In this document: in pieces, positions 19,399 through 30,900 of the stretch
Position numbering within the stretch: position 1 is the stretch's first letter
Layout of the letters: each line of letters starts with the position of its first letter
Assembly (NCBI GenBank): GCA_047947115.1
Contig: CP170459.1
Location: 2,784,001 to 2,848,000, forward strand
Source: Verrucomicrobiota bacterium
GTDB lineage: Bacteria; Verrucomicrobiota; Verrucomicrobiia; Limisphaerales; AAA164-E04
DNA: 64,000 nucleotides
Direction: 5' to 3'
The notes under the pieces: generated by a model
The model's input: the letters and a program-made list of their open reading frames with translations, nothing else
What the model was told of the DNA's origin: nothing
Database searches by the model: none
Made by a program: the position numbers and the translations under genes

Positions 19399-21098
19399 TC
19401 CAGGTTTCCTTTGCCTTCCGACAGGGTGATGTGTTGGTCGGCTTTTATTGTTTGAAAAGCATCGGTAGTGCCGCTGGTCCATCGAACTTCAATTCGATCA
19501 ACCTTTTCATGGGAACCCAAGCCGAAATGCAATCGCTTTCCAAAATCACTCTGATAGCTTCGGCCACTGTGCACTTCGTCCATTTGAGTCATATCACCGG
19601 TCTTGACGTAAACACGTGCTCCGGTTCCGTCACGGGGTGACTTTGTTCCGATCAGGCTGATCTGGAGCCAATGGTTGTTGGTTTGAGAGTCGTTGCGGAT
19701 CAGTGTGGGTTTGGATCGTGTGTTGAGGACCACCGCGTCGATGTCCCCATCATTGTCCAGATCGTCAAAGGCTGCCCCGCGGCTGCTCATCTTGGGTAAT
19801 AATCCCGTGCCGCTTTGATCTGAAACATTTGTGAATTTGCCGGATCCGGTGTTGTGCAACAGGATGTTCCTGGCGGCCCATTGGGTGTTGGTGTCGAATT
19901 GATCCACGTTGTCGATCAGGTGACCGCAGGCGATGAAAATGTCCTTGTGGAGGTCGTTGTCAAAATCCACCCAGCCGACGCCCCATTTCACATCCGCATA
20001 AGCCCCCATGGCTGCGCCGGTCTGGCGGGCGACGTCTTCGAAATAGGCTCCTTTACGGTTTTCGTAGAGGGTGGGGAGTTGGCGCTGGTAAGGGGTGATG
20101 TAGACGTCGAACCATCCGTCATGATTCCAATCCGCAATTTCCATACCCATGGAACCCTGAACGTTTCCAAAAGCGTCATAAGCCAGGCCCATCAATGCTC
20201 CGGTGTCTTTGAAATGGCCCTTGCCGTCGTTGGTCAGCAGGAAATCCGGACGCAGATCGTTTCCGACGATGATGTCGGTATCCCGATCGTTGTCGATGTC
20301 GACTGCAATGACTCCCATTCCTGCTCCGGGCAGGGAGGCGATGCCGGAGGATTCGCTGATGTCGGTGAACACGCCGTTCCCATCGTTGCGAAACAATTGA
20401 TTCTTAGTGGAAGGGTAGTTCAATGGACCTACGTAGGCGGGAAACCCGTTCATGTGGGTGATGTGGTGATTGTCGAACGTGAAGTCCACGTAATTGGCGA
20501 CAAACAGGTCGAGATCTCCGTCGCCTTCGATGTCCAGAAAACATGCGCCGGCACCGACATGTGATCCTCCGCTGACACCGGCCTTTTCCGTGACGTTGCT
20601 GAAGGTTCCGTTGCCGTTGTTTTGGTAAAGAATGTTTGGCCCGAAATTATTCAGGAAGAGGTCGGGATCTCCATCGTTGTCATAATCCCCGACACACACG
20701 CCCAGGTGGTAGGCGGTATCGTTGAGCCCCGCATGCTTTGTGACGTCAGTGAATTTCCAGTCACCTTCGTTTTGATAGAGCGCATTGTGTGCAGTCTCTT
20801 CTCCGGTTGGCTGCACAGGCAGAGGTGCGCCGTTCAGGAAGAGGATGTCGATCAGTCGATCTCCGTTGAAATCGAACGTGGCAAGTCCGGATGCGACTGT
20901 TTCAACGATGAATCGCTTACCGCTGCTTCCATCCGTGTGCACGAAGTCAATGCCGGACGCCTGTGTGACATCTGTCAACTGAATCGAGTAGAAGTTTTCG
21001 GCGGTGAAAGCCATCAATGGCATCACCATGACCGATATCATGGAGCAGGGGAGAGTCCACTGGCGGTGAACATGTTCGTGAAAGCTCATCCGTTTCAT
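19395..21098 (-). CDS. CRTAC1-family protein (FG-GAP plus ASPIC/UnbV), tandem paralogue of 17692-19398
   Basis: Same motif order as its neighbour: VETVASGLATFD, SSRGAAFDDLDNDGD, RLHFGLG. Confidence 0.92.
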   Translation of the reverse strand: MKRMSFHEHVHRQWTLPCSMISVMVMPLMAFTAENFYSIQLTDVTQASGIDFVHTDGSSGKRFIVETVASGLATFDFNGDRLIDILFLNGAPLPVQPTGEETAHNALYQNEGDWKFTDVTKHAGLNDTAYHLGVCVGDYDNDGDPDLFLNNFGPNILYQNNGNGTFSNVTEKAGVSGGSHVGAGACFLDIEGDGDLDLFVANYVDFTFDNHHITHMNGFPAYVGPLNYPSTKNQLFRNDGNGVFTDISESSGIASLPGAGMGVIAVDIDNDRDTDIIVGNDLRPDFLLTNDGKGHFKDTGALMGLAYDAFGNVQGSMGMEIADWNHDGWFDVYITPYQRQLPTLYENRKGAYFEDVARQTGAAMGAYADVKWGVGWVDFDNDLHKDIFIACGHLIDNVDQFDTNTQWAARNILLHNTGSGKFTNVSDQSGTGLLPKMSSRGAAFDDLDNDGDIDAVVLNTRSKPTLIRNDSQTNNHWLQISLIGTKSPRDGTGARVYVKTGDMTQMDEVHSGRSYQSDFGKRLHFGLGSHEKVDRIEVRWTSGTTDAFQTIKADQHITLSEGKGNLE

Positions 21099-21101
21099 AC
21101 A

Positions 21102-22568
21102 TCAAGGCTTTTTGGTGTTGGCAGCCGCTTTTTCCAGTTGCTTAAGGAGCCCTTGGTAGCGCTGGTCCTCCGGATCCAGTTCGCCGGCTCGTCGGATGGC
21201 ATTGAGAGCGCCTTCCAGATTGCGGGTCTTGATGCAGGCGGCGGACAGCAGGTAGTAGCGTGCGGCGTTAGGTTCCAGCATCACGGCCTTGGCGGCCATT
21301 TGAACGGCATCTTCAAAATTCCTGTTGCCGATCATGTATAGTTCAGCCAGTGCGTGATATGCGGCGGCCCAATCCGGCCAGAGATATCGTGCTCGTTTGT
21401 AATGTGTCTCCGCCTCTTCGAGTTGTTTGGATCGAGTGGCCAGCCTGCCCAGAAAGTAATGATTCAGGGGGTTGGTCGGGTGTGCCTTGGACATTCGATC
21501 AAAAACTTTCATGCCTTCTTCCAGTTGTTGGGTGGAGACGTAGAGGGTTTCGATGGCCAGGCGATAGTTTTGATTCTCCTGATCCAGCTCGGCAGATTGA
21601 TAAAACAGCTTGGCCGCTTCCTCGGTATTGCCATTGGCTAAATGCATTTGCCCCGCTCCGAAAAAGGTTCGAGCACTGACATCTTTCAACATTTCCATGC
21701 CACTGAGGTTTTCCTTGTCGGCACTGCGTTCGGACAGGGCTTTACGATCTTCGGACTCATTCTGCACAAACAAGTCGCGGTACTTAGCGGCTTCTTCGGT
21801 TTCGCCCAGGCGTTGACAACTGGTGAATAACCCAAAATAGGCTTGTGTGTGTTTGGGGTTGATTCGGACTGTGTTGAGGAACGCCGTTTTCGCCAGGTCG
21901 AATTGCCTGGCTTGCATGTGGGCCTGACCAAGCAGATACCAGCTTTCCGGCGAAACATATGCCAGAACCACCGCGTTCTTCAACGCCGCGATGGCTTCTT
22001 CTGTCCTGCCCATATCCATCTGAGCCTGCCCAAGTCGATTCATAATCTCCGGATGCGGTTTGCCATGCTTCATGGCTTCTTCGCAAACTCTGACCGATTC
22101 TTCGGGATCCCCTTTTTCATAAGCGATTTTCGCCAGCATGATCCGGGGTTCCATCAAGTCGGGCTGCATCTTGAGGCTCTGGTTCAGGTGACGGGTGGCT
22201 TCATCGGATTGGCCGATATTGTAGTAGGCAGACCCAAGCAGAACATGTGACATCGGGCTGTCAGCATATGTGTCAGCGACTTTGATGGCGGCCTGGATGG
22301 CTTGCTGTTTTAGTATTTCAGCATCAGGCTGGATGGAAGGTTTAATCGCTTCGGATGTTTCCTTTGCCTCGGTCGGGGTTTCGATCGGCGATTCTGCTCC
22401 CAGAGCGGCATGGCAGGTGAGGCAGAAGATTGCAAGCATGAAACGGGCTCTCTGGAACACGTTCTTTCCCTGTGTCCAGTCTTTGAAATCCTTGCTGTTG
22501 GCTTTCATGTTGGTTCGCCGACTTGTCTCGAGTTTTCTGTTGTCATGTTTGTTTACTGGTTGGACCAA
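21102..22568 (-). CDS. Tetratricopeptide repeat protein with signal peptide (true start probably downstream)
   Basis: Many TPR-like units (LLGSAYY, RLGQAQMDMG, WYLLGQAHM, YFLGRL, YHALAELY). Confidence 0.88.
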   Translation of the reverse strand: MVQPVNKHDNRKLETSRRTNMKANSKDFKDWTQGKNVFQRARFMLAIFCLTCHAALGAESPIETPTEAKETSEAIKPSIQPDAEILKQQAIQAAIKVADTYADSPMSHVLLGSAYYNIGQSDEATRHLNQSLKMQPDLMEPRIMLAKIAYEKGDPEESVRVCEEAMKHGKPHPEIMNRLGQAQMDMGRTEEAIAALKNAVVLAYVSPESWYLLGQAHMQARQFDLAKTAFLNTVRINPKHTQAYFGLFTSCQRLGETEEAAKYRDLFVQNESEDRKALSERSADKENLSGMEMLKDVSARTFFGAGQMHLANGNTEEAAKLFYQSAELDQENQNYRLAIETLYVSTQQLEEGMKVFDRMSKAHPTNPLNHYFLGRLATRSKQLEEAETHYKRARYLWPDWAAAYHALAELYMIGNRNFEDAVQMAAKAVMLEPNAARYYLLSAACIKTRNLEGALNAIRRAGELDPEDQRYQGLLKQLEKAAANTKKP

Positions 22569-23106
22569 ACCGTGTGGATCTTGAAAGGAACGGTAGGATT
22601 GGGCCTTGTAAGTGTCAAGCGGTTCGTCTGCTGGGGCAGATCCGGTTAAGTGGACTGTTGGAATTTGTGTCGTTTTTTGGGTTGTTGAGTTGAGTTGTTA
22701 CCTTGCCACCGGCTCCCGAAAGAACCCCGACACTCGTCATTCACATCTTCGAGACCGGTATCCATACGAGTGAAGACCTCCACAGCAACAATTTCCACTC
22801 TGTGCCGGAGTCATGAGATAATTGCTTTTTTGGTCATATCATTGCCTTTCATCTGCTTTTTTTTGGACTTTTCCTTGTTTTGTGCCTCCTGGTTGTGTAA
22901 TCGTCTCGCAATCCGTCTGTAAGTATGTAGCTCAGATTTTAAGCAATTCCTCCTGGTGGGTAACTTTGTACTGCCGTGTGTGTTATGAAAATTGGTTAAA
23001 GTTGTCCGTTTGGTGGAATGATGTGGGATCTGAGTTGCGTTCCGGTTAACCGGTTCCAAACGTGGAACTTGCAGGGTGGGTGTAGAATCAGTTGAAAAAC
23101 GTTGTT

Positions 23107-26100
23107 ATGTTTAAAAACCTAAAAACCATGTGCATTGCCCTCCTGCTGGGGGCATTCGGTGGCATCGCTCAAGCTCAGCTGAGCGACGTCACTCAGCCAG
23201 GCGACACGATAGTCGCTACATCGGACAACAGTCCGGGATCGGAAGGCGTTACCAACGCCATTGATAACGCAGATACGAAGTACTTGAACTTCGATATCAG
23301 CAACACCGGGTTCACCGTGACTCCTTCTGTTGGGATGACCATCGTGAGCGGCTTAACTCTGACTTCGGCCAACGACGCCGATGATCGTGATCCAGTCGAT
23401 TACTTGTTGGAAGGTTCTTATGACGGTGTCAACTTCGTTGAGATCTCTTCAGGTGATGTGGCGGATTTTCCGACACGTTTCCACAAGAACTACATCTTCT
23501 TCGACAACTCCACGCCATACCTCTCCTACCGTCTGATCTTCCCCAATACGGCTGGTCCCAGCACCTGCTGTATGCAGATCGCGGAAGTGGAATTTCTCGG
23601 CGTTCAAGCTCCTGGAGATGTGACCCAGCCTGGCGACGCCATCGTTGCCACCTCGGACAACAGCCCCGGTTCTGAAGGTGTTACCAACGCGATTGACAAT
23701 GCTGACACGAAGTATCTGAACTTCGACATCAGCAACACCGGATTCACCGTGACTCCTTCCGTTGGGATGACAGTCGTCAATGGTTTGTCTTTGAAATCGG
23801 CCAACGACGCCGACGATCGCGACCCTGTCAACTACACCTTGGAAGGTTCTTATGACGGTGTGAACTTCACAGAAATCTCCTCAGGCGATGTGGCAGATTT
23901 CCCAACTCGTTTCCACACCAACTACATCTTCTTCGATAACTCAACTCCTTATCTGACTTATCGATTGATCTTCCCTGATACCGCCGGTCCCAGCACCTGC
24001 TGTATGCAGATCGCAGAAATTGAGTTGTTCGGTAGCCAGGCTCCCGGAGACGTCACCCAACCTGGTGACACCATCACCGCCACCTCCGACAACAGTCCTG
24101 GATCTGAAGGCGTAACCAATGCGATCGACAATGCGGATACCAAGTATCTGAACTTTGATATCGCCAATACCGGTTTCACCGTGTTCCCATCGGTTGGTTT
24201 GACCATTGTGAATGGTATTTCATTGAAATCCGCCAATGATGCTGATGATCGTGACCCGGTCAACTACGTCCTGGAAGGAACTTATGACGGAACCAACTTC
24301 ACAGAAATCTCCTCAGGCGATGTGGCAGATTTCCCAACTCGTTTCCACACCAACTACATCTTCTTCGACAACTCGATTGCCTACTCCGGTTATCGACTGA
24401 TCTTCCCTGACACAGCCGGTCCCAGCACCTGCTGTATGCAGATTGCCGAAGTGGAACTGCTCGGTGTTCAGTTGCCAGGTGACGTGACCCAGCCGGGTGA
24501 CACCATTGTGGCTACTTCGGACAACAGCCCTGGTTCCGAAGGTGTGACCAATGCGATCGACAACGCCGATACCAAGTACCTGAACTTCGACATCAGCAAT
24601 ACCGGATTCACTGTGACTCCTGGTGTTGGACTGACCGAAATCATCGGTATGTCCTTGAAGTCTGCCAATGATGCGGATGACCGTGACCCGATCAACTACA
24701 CCTTGGAAGGTTCTTATGACGGTGTGAACTTCACAGAAATCTCCTCAGGCGATGTGGCAGATTTCCCAACTCGTTTCCACACCAACTACATCTTCTTCGA
24801 TAACTCAACTCCTTATCTGACTTATCGATTGATCTTCCCTGATACCGCCGGTCCCAGCACCTGCTGTATGCAGATCGCAGAAGTTGAACTGTTCCCTCGT
24901 CCAGGTGGAAGCTGTGACGACTTCAGCAGCGTTAGCGATGGTCTGATCACTCAGCAGCCTTCCGATACTCCCGTGTTGGCCGGTGCAACTGCATCGATTA
25001 GTGTTGTTCCTTCCGGTCCTTGGGATGTTCAGTGGCTGAAGCAAGGTCCTGGCGATTCTTCTTTCGTCTTGGTGGACGGAGCTACCAGCGCAACTCTGGA
25101 AGTCAAAAATGTGACCGCCGACATGGACGGCACGATCTACCAGGCCCGCGTTTCCAACTCACAGTGCGACGCTCAATACAGTCAGCAAGTGACCTTGAGC
25201 ATCTTCACTCCCTCGGAAACCACCAGTGTTGGTTTCTCCTTCCGTGGTGGTGGCGCCAATGGTGCTCCCACAATCATGATGGCTGAGGATATTGCAGGAT
25301 TCCATCCTCAGGCTTACTGGAATAATGTAGATGGTAACACAGGTGACACTGGAGCTGGTGTCTGGAATGAAGAATCCGGAGCTTCAGATGTGCTGGCTGT
25401 TGACAGTAATAACGCTGAAACCGAAGTGGGTATCGAGTTCACCGCAAGCGGAACTTGGGGAGCTGGAACTCGCACAGCGAGTGCTACAGGTCGCATGCTG
25501 AATGGTATGCTCTCCGTCGATCCAGCGTCTCTGGATGATGCTCCAAACGAAATCGTTGTCTACAACTTGCCTGCAGGTCAGCACTCCCTCATCCTCTATA
25601 CAGTTCAAGTTCCTCTTGAATTCTACGAATTGGATGTTGAAGTCGAAGACGCCAACGGTACACAACGTCGCTACCTCCGTCCTCAAAACTCGGATGAATA
25701 CAATCCTTCTCCGAATTACGTGCTGATCACAGCAGCAGAAGAATCCGCCCGTTCTGTTGGTAACATGGTGGTCTTCAGCGGAGTGACTCCAAGCAATGGT
25801 GAAGTGACCATTCGTTTGGCTGCGCCGAGCGGTCAAGGCCAGGGACCTGGTCTCAACGGTATGCAGATCCTTCTTAACAAGGAATTCGTGCCACCTCCCG
25901 TCATCAATGCACAGCCTGTCTCCACAAACGGTGTGGATGGCAGCCCGCTGGAACTGACCGTGGCTGCAACGGGTGCCGATTCCATTCAATGGTTCAAGAA
26001 TGGCCAGCCAATCGCTGGAGCAACAGGCACTACCCTTCGTCTTGGAAGATTGGGTGCCAGTGACGCAGCCGCTTATTCGGTGACCGTTTCAAATGACGGT

Positions 26101-27090
26101 GGTAGCGTGACCAGTAAAGCTGCTGTTGTGGATGTGCTGCCTAACAAGGACATCACCAACGGTTTGGTTTCTTACTTCCCATTTGATGGAAACGCCGACA
26201 ACGCCGCCGGCGCTGCAAATGGTGAAACCAAGAACGGAGCCGGTTTCGGTTCCGGTCAGATTGGTCAAGCCCTTGAGCTGGACGGTTCCGATGACTGGGT
26301 GTTTGTTCCCAATTATCCGAAGCCTTCCAAAGCCATGACCGTTTCGACCTGGGTGTTGCCTGATGGCATCGATTGGGGTCCAGTTGTTCGTAACTGGGTG
26401 TCAGAACTGGGTGACGGCCGATTTGGTCAGTTCATCTTGGATGCTCCATATCCTTTGGATGCCTTTTCACCCAGTCTTCGTGCTGTGATCGGTGTTGGTC
26501 CGAACGAGCCGACCGCTTCATTGGATATCGCTGATTCCGAGCGCGGATCCTGGCACCACATGGCAATGACCGCCAATGGCCGTACCCTCACCCTTTACTG
26601 GGATGGTCAAGCCGTTGCCAGCCTGGACTACCTCAACAACATCAATAATCCTCCATTCCCTTGGCTGGCCATCGGTGCCGATGTTCAACTGCCTCTGGAT
26701 GGAGATGGAAATGCCGATGTAGCCGGTGAACCCGAGCTCCGTGAAGACACCTTCCCTTGGGCGGGTAGCATTGATGATCTGGCGATCTGGAACCGTAGCT
26801 TGAGTGGCGCAGAAATCTTCGCCATTTTCCAAGCTGGCGGCAACGGAACTGCCGTTTCGGATGTTGAAGGCGTGCTGGACGACAGCGAAGGTGATGTTGT
26901 TGTTGAGCCTGTTGATGCCATGATCACGGCTGTGACTGTTTCCGAAGGCAACCTCGTCATTGAATGGCAGGGTAGCGAGCTCCAGGAAGCTGACACCGTG
27001 ACAGGTCCTTACACTCCTATCAGTGGTGCGACTCCTCCTTCGACTTCCATCGTGATCGAAGGTGGCAATAAGTTCATCATCGCTCGATAA
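23107..27090 (+). CDS. Large secreted acidic protein: 4x144-aa discoidin/F5-8-like repeats, Ig-like domains, LamG domain, short C-terminal domain
   Basis: Signal peptide ending AQAQ; four near-identical DVTQPGD...STCCMQIAE units; ITQQP/INAQP...QWFKNG Ig motifs; LVSYFPFDG, WHHMAMT and GSIDDLAIWNRSLS LamG motifs. Confidence 0.85.
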   Translation: MFKNLKTMCIALLLGAFGGIAQAQLSDVTQPGDTIVATSDNSPGSEGVTNAIDNADTKYLNFDISNTGFTVTPSVGMTIVSGLTLTSANDADDRDPVDYLLEGSYDGVNFVEISSGDVADFPTRFHKNYIFFDNSTPYLSYRLIFPNTAGPSTCCMQIAEVEFLGVQAPGDVTQPGDAIVATSDNSPGSEGVTNAIDNADTKYLNFDISNTGFTVTPSVGMTVVNGLSLKSANDADDRDPVNYTLEGSYDGVNFTEISSGDVADFPTRFHTNYIFFDNSTPYLTYRLIFPDTAGPSTCCMQIAEIELFGSQAPGDVTQPGDTITATSDNSPGSEGVTNAIDNADTKYLNFDIANTGFTVFPSVGLTIVNGISLKSANDADDRDPVNYVLEGTYDGTNFTEISSGDVADFPTRFHTNYIFFDNSIAYSGYRLIFPDTAGPSTCCMQIAEVELLGVQLPGDVTQPGDTIVATSDNSPGSEGVTNAIDNADTKYLNFDISNTGFTVTPGVGLTEIIGMSLKSANDADDRDPINYTLEGSYDGVNFTEISSGDVADFPTRFHTNYIFFDNSTPYLTYRLIFPDTAGPSTCCMQIAEVELFPRPGGSCDDFSSVSDGLITQQPSDTPVLAGATASISVVPSGPWDVQWLKQGPGDSSFVLVDGATSATLEVKNVTADMDGTIYQARVSNSQCDAQYSQQVTLSIFTPSETTSVGFSFRGGGANGAPTIMMAEDIAGFHPQAYWNNVDGNTGDTGAGVWNEESGASDVLAVDSNNAETEVGIEFTASGTWGAGTRTASATGRMLNGMLSVDPASLDDAPNEIVVYNLPAGQHSLILYTVQVPLEFYELDVEVEDANGTQRRYLRPQNSDEYNPSPNYVLITAAEESARSVGNMVVFSGVTPSNGEVTIRLAAPSGQGQGPGLNGMQILLNKEFVPPPVINAQPVSTNGVDGSPLELTVAATGADSIQWFKNGQPIAGATGTTLRLGRLGASDAAAYSVTVSNDGGSVTSKAAVVDVLPNKDITNGLVSYFPFDGNADNAAGAANGETKNGAGFGSGQIGQALELDGSDDWVFVPNYPKPSKAMTVSTWVLPDGIDWGPVVRNWVSELGDGRFGQFILDAPYPLDAFSPSLRAVIGVGPNEPTASLDIADSERGSWHHMAMTANGRTLTLYWDGQAVASLDYLNNINNPPFPWLAIGADVQLPLDGDGNADVAGEPELREDTFPWAGSIDDLAIWNRSLSGAEIFAIFQAGGNGTAVSDVEGVLDDSEGDVVVEPVDAMITAVTVSEGNLVIEWQGSELQEADTVTGPYTPISGATPPSTSIVIEGGNKFIIAR
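23185..24894 (+). repeat. Four intragenic tandem repeats with a 432-bp period
   Basis: Units start at 23185, 23617, 24049 and 24481. Confidence 0.97.
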
Positions 27091-27111
27091 GGTTTCCTAT
27101 TACTCATATCG

Positions 27112-27148
27112 CAAACGGGGGCGAGTCTTGACTCGTCCCCGTTTTTTT
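27112..27148 (+). terminator. Rho-independent terminator
   Basis: AAACGGGGGCGAGTC-TT-GACTCGTCCCCGTTTTTTT hairpin with U-tract after the large gene. Confidence 0.9.
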
Positions 27149-27170
27149 GTTTTCTGGTAAGGCAAATCTT

Positions 27171-27923
27171 ATGATCAGTCGTGCCACATTTGTCCTCTTT
27201 ACCGTCTTTTGCCTTTTCTCGTTTCCCTCCCTCAAAGCCGAATTGATATGGGAAAAGGAAGTGGCCGAACTGGAAGCTTCACACGAAACGCGGATACTGA
27301 TCCTTCGGTTCCCTTTTTCCAATACGGGAACAGATCCGGTTTTGATCACCGAAATTAAAACTTCCTGCGGATGTATTGAGCCTATGACACCCGAGTTGCC
27401 TTGGACTATCGTTCCTGGTGTCACGGAGGAGTTGGAAGTCAAAGTCAATATCCGAGGCAAAAAAGGTACGTTTCAGCAAACATTGGAAGTTCTTACATTC
27501 GATAAAACAACCGAGCTTGGCATCAAGGTGGAAATCGAAGATCCGGTCCATCGCACCATGACTCCTGAGGAGCGAAATGGAAACCTGGCTCAGTCCAAGG
27601 CTGATCGTCGGGCCATTTTCAAAGGCAATTGTATCGAATGTCATGTCAAACCCACACATAAGAAATATGGCATGACTTTATACGAATCAGCCTGTGGCAT
27701 TTGCCATGCATCCGAGCAAAGAGCGAGCGTGGTTCCCGATCTGACAGAGAAAATCAAAAATGAGAGCAAGGAGTATTGGAGGGAATGGATCACCAAAGGT
27801 AAAGAGGACGGACTGATGCCGGGGTTCGCTGCTTCCGAGGGTGGACCTCTTTCCGGTTCGCAGATTTCGACACTGGTCAACCACATCGCCCGGTTGAAAC
27901 GAGAGCAGGCGAATGAAAAGTGA
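27171..27923 (+). CDS. DUF1573-like Ig domain fused to a two-CxxCH cytochrome c domain, exported
   Basis: Signal peptide; FPFSNTGTDPVLITEIKTSCGC; CIECH and CGICH; GLMPGF distal Met. Confidence 0.82.
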   Translation: MISRATFVLFTVFCLFSFPSLKAELIWEKEVAELEASHETRILILRFPFSNTGTDPVLITEIKTSCGCIEPMTPELPWTIVPGVTEELEVKVNIRGKKGTFQQTLEVLTFDKTTELGIKVEIEDPVHRTMTPEERNGNLAQSKADRRAIFKGNCIECHVKPTHKKYGMTLYESACGICHASEQRASVVPDLTEKIKNESKEYWREWITKGKEDGLMPGFAASEGGPLSGSQISTLVNHIARLKREQANEK

Positions 27924-27959
27924 ACCCATCCTATAGTCCAGACTTCTTTCAATTGCACC

Positions 27960-30900
27960 ATGAAACGCCACTTGCTCTCCAACTTAGGCAATTTCCAGTT
28001 AAACGCTTTGTTCTCTGCGTTTGCTCTTGTCGTAATATTGCCTGTCAAAGCGCAAACGCTTGGTGTTTCCAGCAAGAAGCTGGAAGTCCCGACCGGTGGG
28101 GAAACAGGTTTTGAACGCGTCGATCCGGAACCAAGCGGCATAACGTTTATTAATACACTCGGAGAATTGACCGGCGCTTCCAATCGGGTCTTGTTCAATG
28201 GAGCGGGTGTGGCAGTGGGGGATGTGGATGGGGATTCGATGCCCGATATTTTTTTCTGTGGTCTGGATTCTGAAAATCATCTTTACCGGAATCTGGGGAA
28301 CTGGAAGTTTCAACGCATGCGCATCCCATCGACGGTGGCGCTTCCCGGACACCCAACTCGAGGTGCCGTGTTTGCCGACATTAATGCGGATGGATCCCCT
28401 GATCTTTTATTGACCACGGTCGGTGGAGGGTGCCGTGTGTTTTTGAATCATGGGGAGGGGAACTTTAAACCAGTTGCTGGCAATGCCGGCATCCGGCCCG
28501 AAGGGGGGGCGAGTTCCATTGCTCTGGCCGATGTGGATGGCAATGGTTCATTGGATTTATACGTGGCAAACAACCGTACTGATGACATTCGTGATTACGG
28601 GCGTGTCAACATGCGTCGGGTCAATGGCAAGATCGTTCCACCCGATGATTTGAAGGATCGCCTGCTGGTGCATAAAGGGCAGCTCCACGAATACGGTGAA
28701 CCCGATTACTTATATCTGAACGACGGCAAGGGATCATTCACTGAAGCCTCCTGGAAGGATGGAAGGTTTCGCATGGAAGGCAAGCCGTTGACGGACATTC
28801 CTCGTGATTGGGGATTGAGTGTGACATTCAGGGATCTGAATGGTGATCTCGCTCCCGACCTTTACGTTTGCAACGACTACTGGACTCCGGATCGGATTTG
28901 GATCAATGATGGCAAGGGAGGTTTTGATGAACTGGGAGCTCAAAAACTTTCGGTGACTTCCTCCAGTTCGATGGGGGTGGATGTTGCGGATGTCAATCTG
29001 GACGGGCATCTGGATCTGTTTGTTGTGGACATGCTCAGCCGGCATCATCGCTTGCGCAAACGGCAACAGCCTGCCTTCAATCCACTCTTTGAAGAACCAT
29101 CTTTCAGCGGAGTCAGGACACAGGTCATGCACAATACTTTGTTGATGCAACAAGCGGACGGTTCCTTCATTGAAAACGCTTTTGCAGCCGGACTTCCGGC
29201 ATCGGACTGGGCGTGGTGTCCTGTTTTCTTGGATGTGGATCTGGATGGAGATGCGGATTTGTTGGTTTCTTCGGGGTATCCCCACGACGTGCAGGATTTG
29301 GATGCCGTTCAGGAGATTGCCAAACGACAGCATTCCTGGGAGCGGTTCAAAGATCCGGTTGCTTTAAAGAAAGCCTTTGCCAAGGAGTTGATGGAGAATT
29401 ACCGGCTCTATCCCAAACTAGATATGCCATTGATTGCATTTGAGAATCAGGGGAATGGCACTTTCAGAGAAGCGACCCAAACTTGGGGAACCCATCATCC
29501 GGGAGTGCATCAGGGTTTTGCCACGGGAGATCTGGATGGCGATGGTGATCAGGATCTGGTGGTCAATAACCTCAATGCGCCTGTTTTACTCTACAGGAAT
29601 CAAACTGCAGCACCTCGTGTGAAAGTTCATCTGACTGGTGCCGGGTCCAATACCCAGGCAATCGGTGCGCGGGTGGTGCTTCAATCAGCCACCATGCCTG
29701 ATCAACAACAGGAGATCATCGCTGGTGGACGTTATGTCTCGGGAGGGGACGTTGCACTGACATTCGCGGTTCCCGCCAGGGGCAGCCATTGGCAAATGCA
29801 GGTTCATTGGCGAGACGGAAGCCTCACGACCCTTCCGGGGATTCAGGTCAATCATGCTTACGATATCCGTCAGTCGGAAGTCGTCACCCAGAAACCCATC
29901 GATGACACCGATCCGGTCGAACCCATGTTCAAGTACGTGGGGGATCCGGGTAGCGAAATCTTTGTTCCCGGCATGTTGCCTGATCCGATGATGCGTCAAC
30001 CGTTGCTTCCGCTCCAGGCAAAGCCGCGAGGAGGCGCTTCCGCCTTTTCGGATATTGACCAGGATGGGGAACCTGAATGGATGACTGGGAGCGAGCGGGG
30101 TGTTCCTCTTAAACAAATGGAATGGACAGCCGACATGGTTTGGAAGGAGATGGGGCAATCGGCTCCTTCACCCGCGACCGTCACTGGATTGTTGGAAATT
30201 CAAAAGGGAAAGTGGTTGGTGAGTTATGATGCAAAACCGGCTGCAGGAGAGGGGACGCTTCATGTTCGCGACGGAATTCAAAAGGGTTTTGCGTCCGTGG
30301 GCCAAAGTCCCGACGCCACAACCACACTCGCCATGGGGCCATTGAATGGCCGTGGAGCATTATCGGTTTTTGCGGGTGGTGGGGCAAAGTCCGGCCATTA
30401 CCCTCAGGCGCATGCTTCCATGCTCTACGACGTTTCCGGGAGCACCTTGCAACGAGACACAAAGAACGGTGTCTTGTTGGAATCCCTGGGATTGGTGCAT
30501 GATGCGGTGTGGAGCGATTTGAATCAGGATGGCTATCCTGAATTGATCGTGGCATCAGCCTGGAGTCCGATACGAGTGTTTGAAAATCGTCGGGGAAGTT
30601 TGTTTGATGTTACGGAAGCCTGGGGGTTCGGTGAACAACGAGGTTATTGGCTTTCGGTGACGACTGTTGATTTGGACGGGGATGGAATGCTGGATGTGGT
30701 TGCTGGAAATCTTGGGCATAATTCATCTTGGACGGCCACTCAGAAACAGCCTTTCAAATTGATCTATGGAACGTTTTCAAATCCAAACGTCACCGACCTA
30801 ATCGAAACGGTTTATCATTCCGATGGCACACTGGCTCCACTTCGATTGATTGGCGAGATTGGGAATTTCCTTCCCTTTTTCTATCAACAGATCCGTGACC

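Noticed and set aside
23185..24894. 432-bp repeats plus the Avd-like gene as a diversity-generating retroelement TR/VR pair
   Set aside because: The differences are mostly synonymous and not adenine-specific, all copies are in frame within one gene, and there is no reverse transcriptase in the window.
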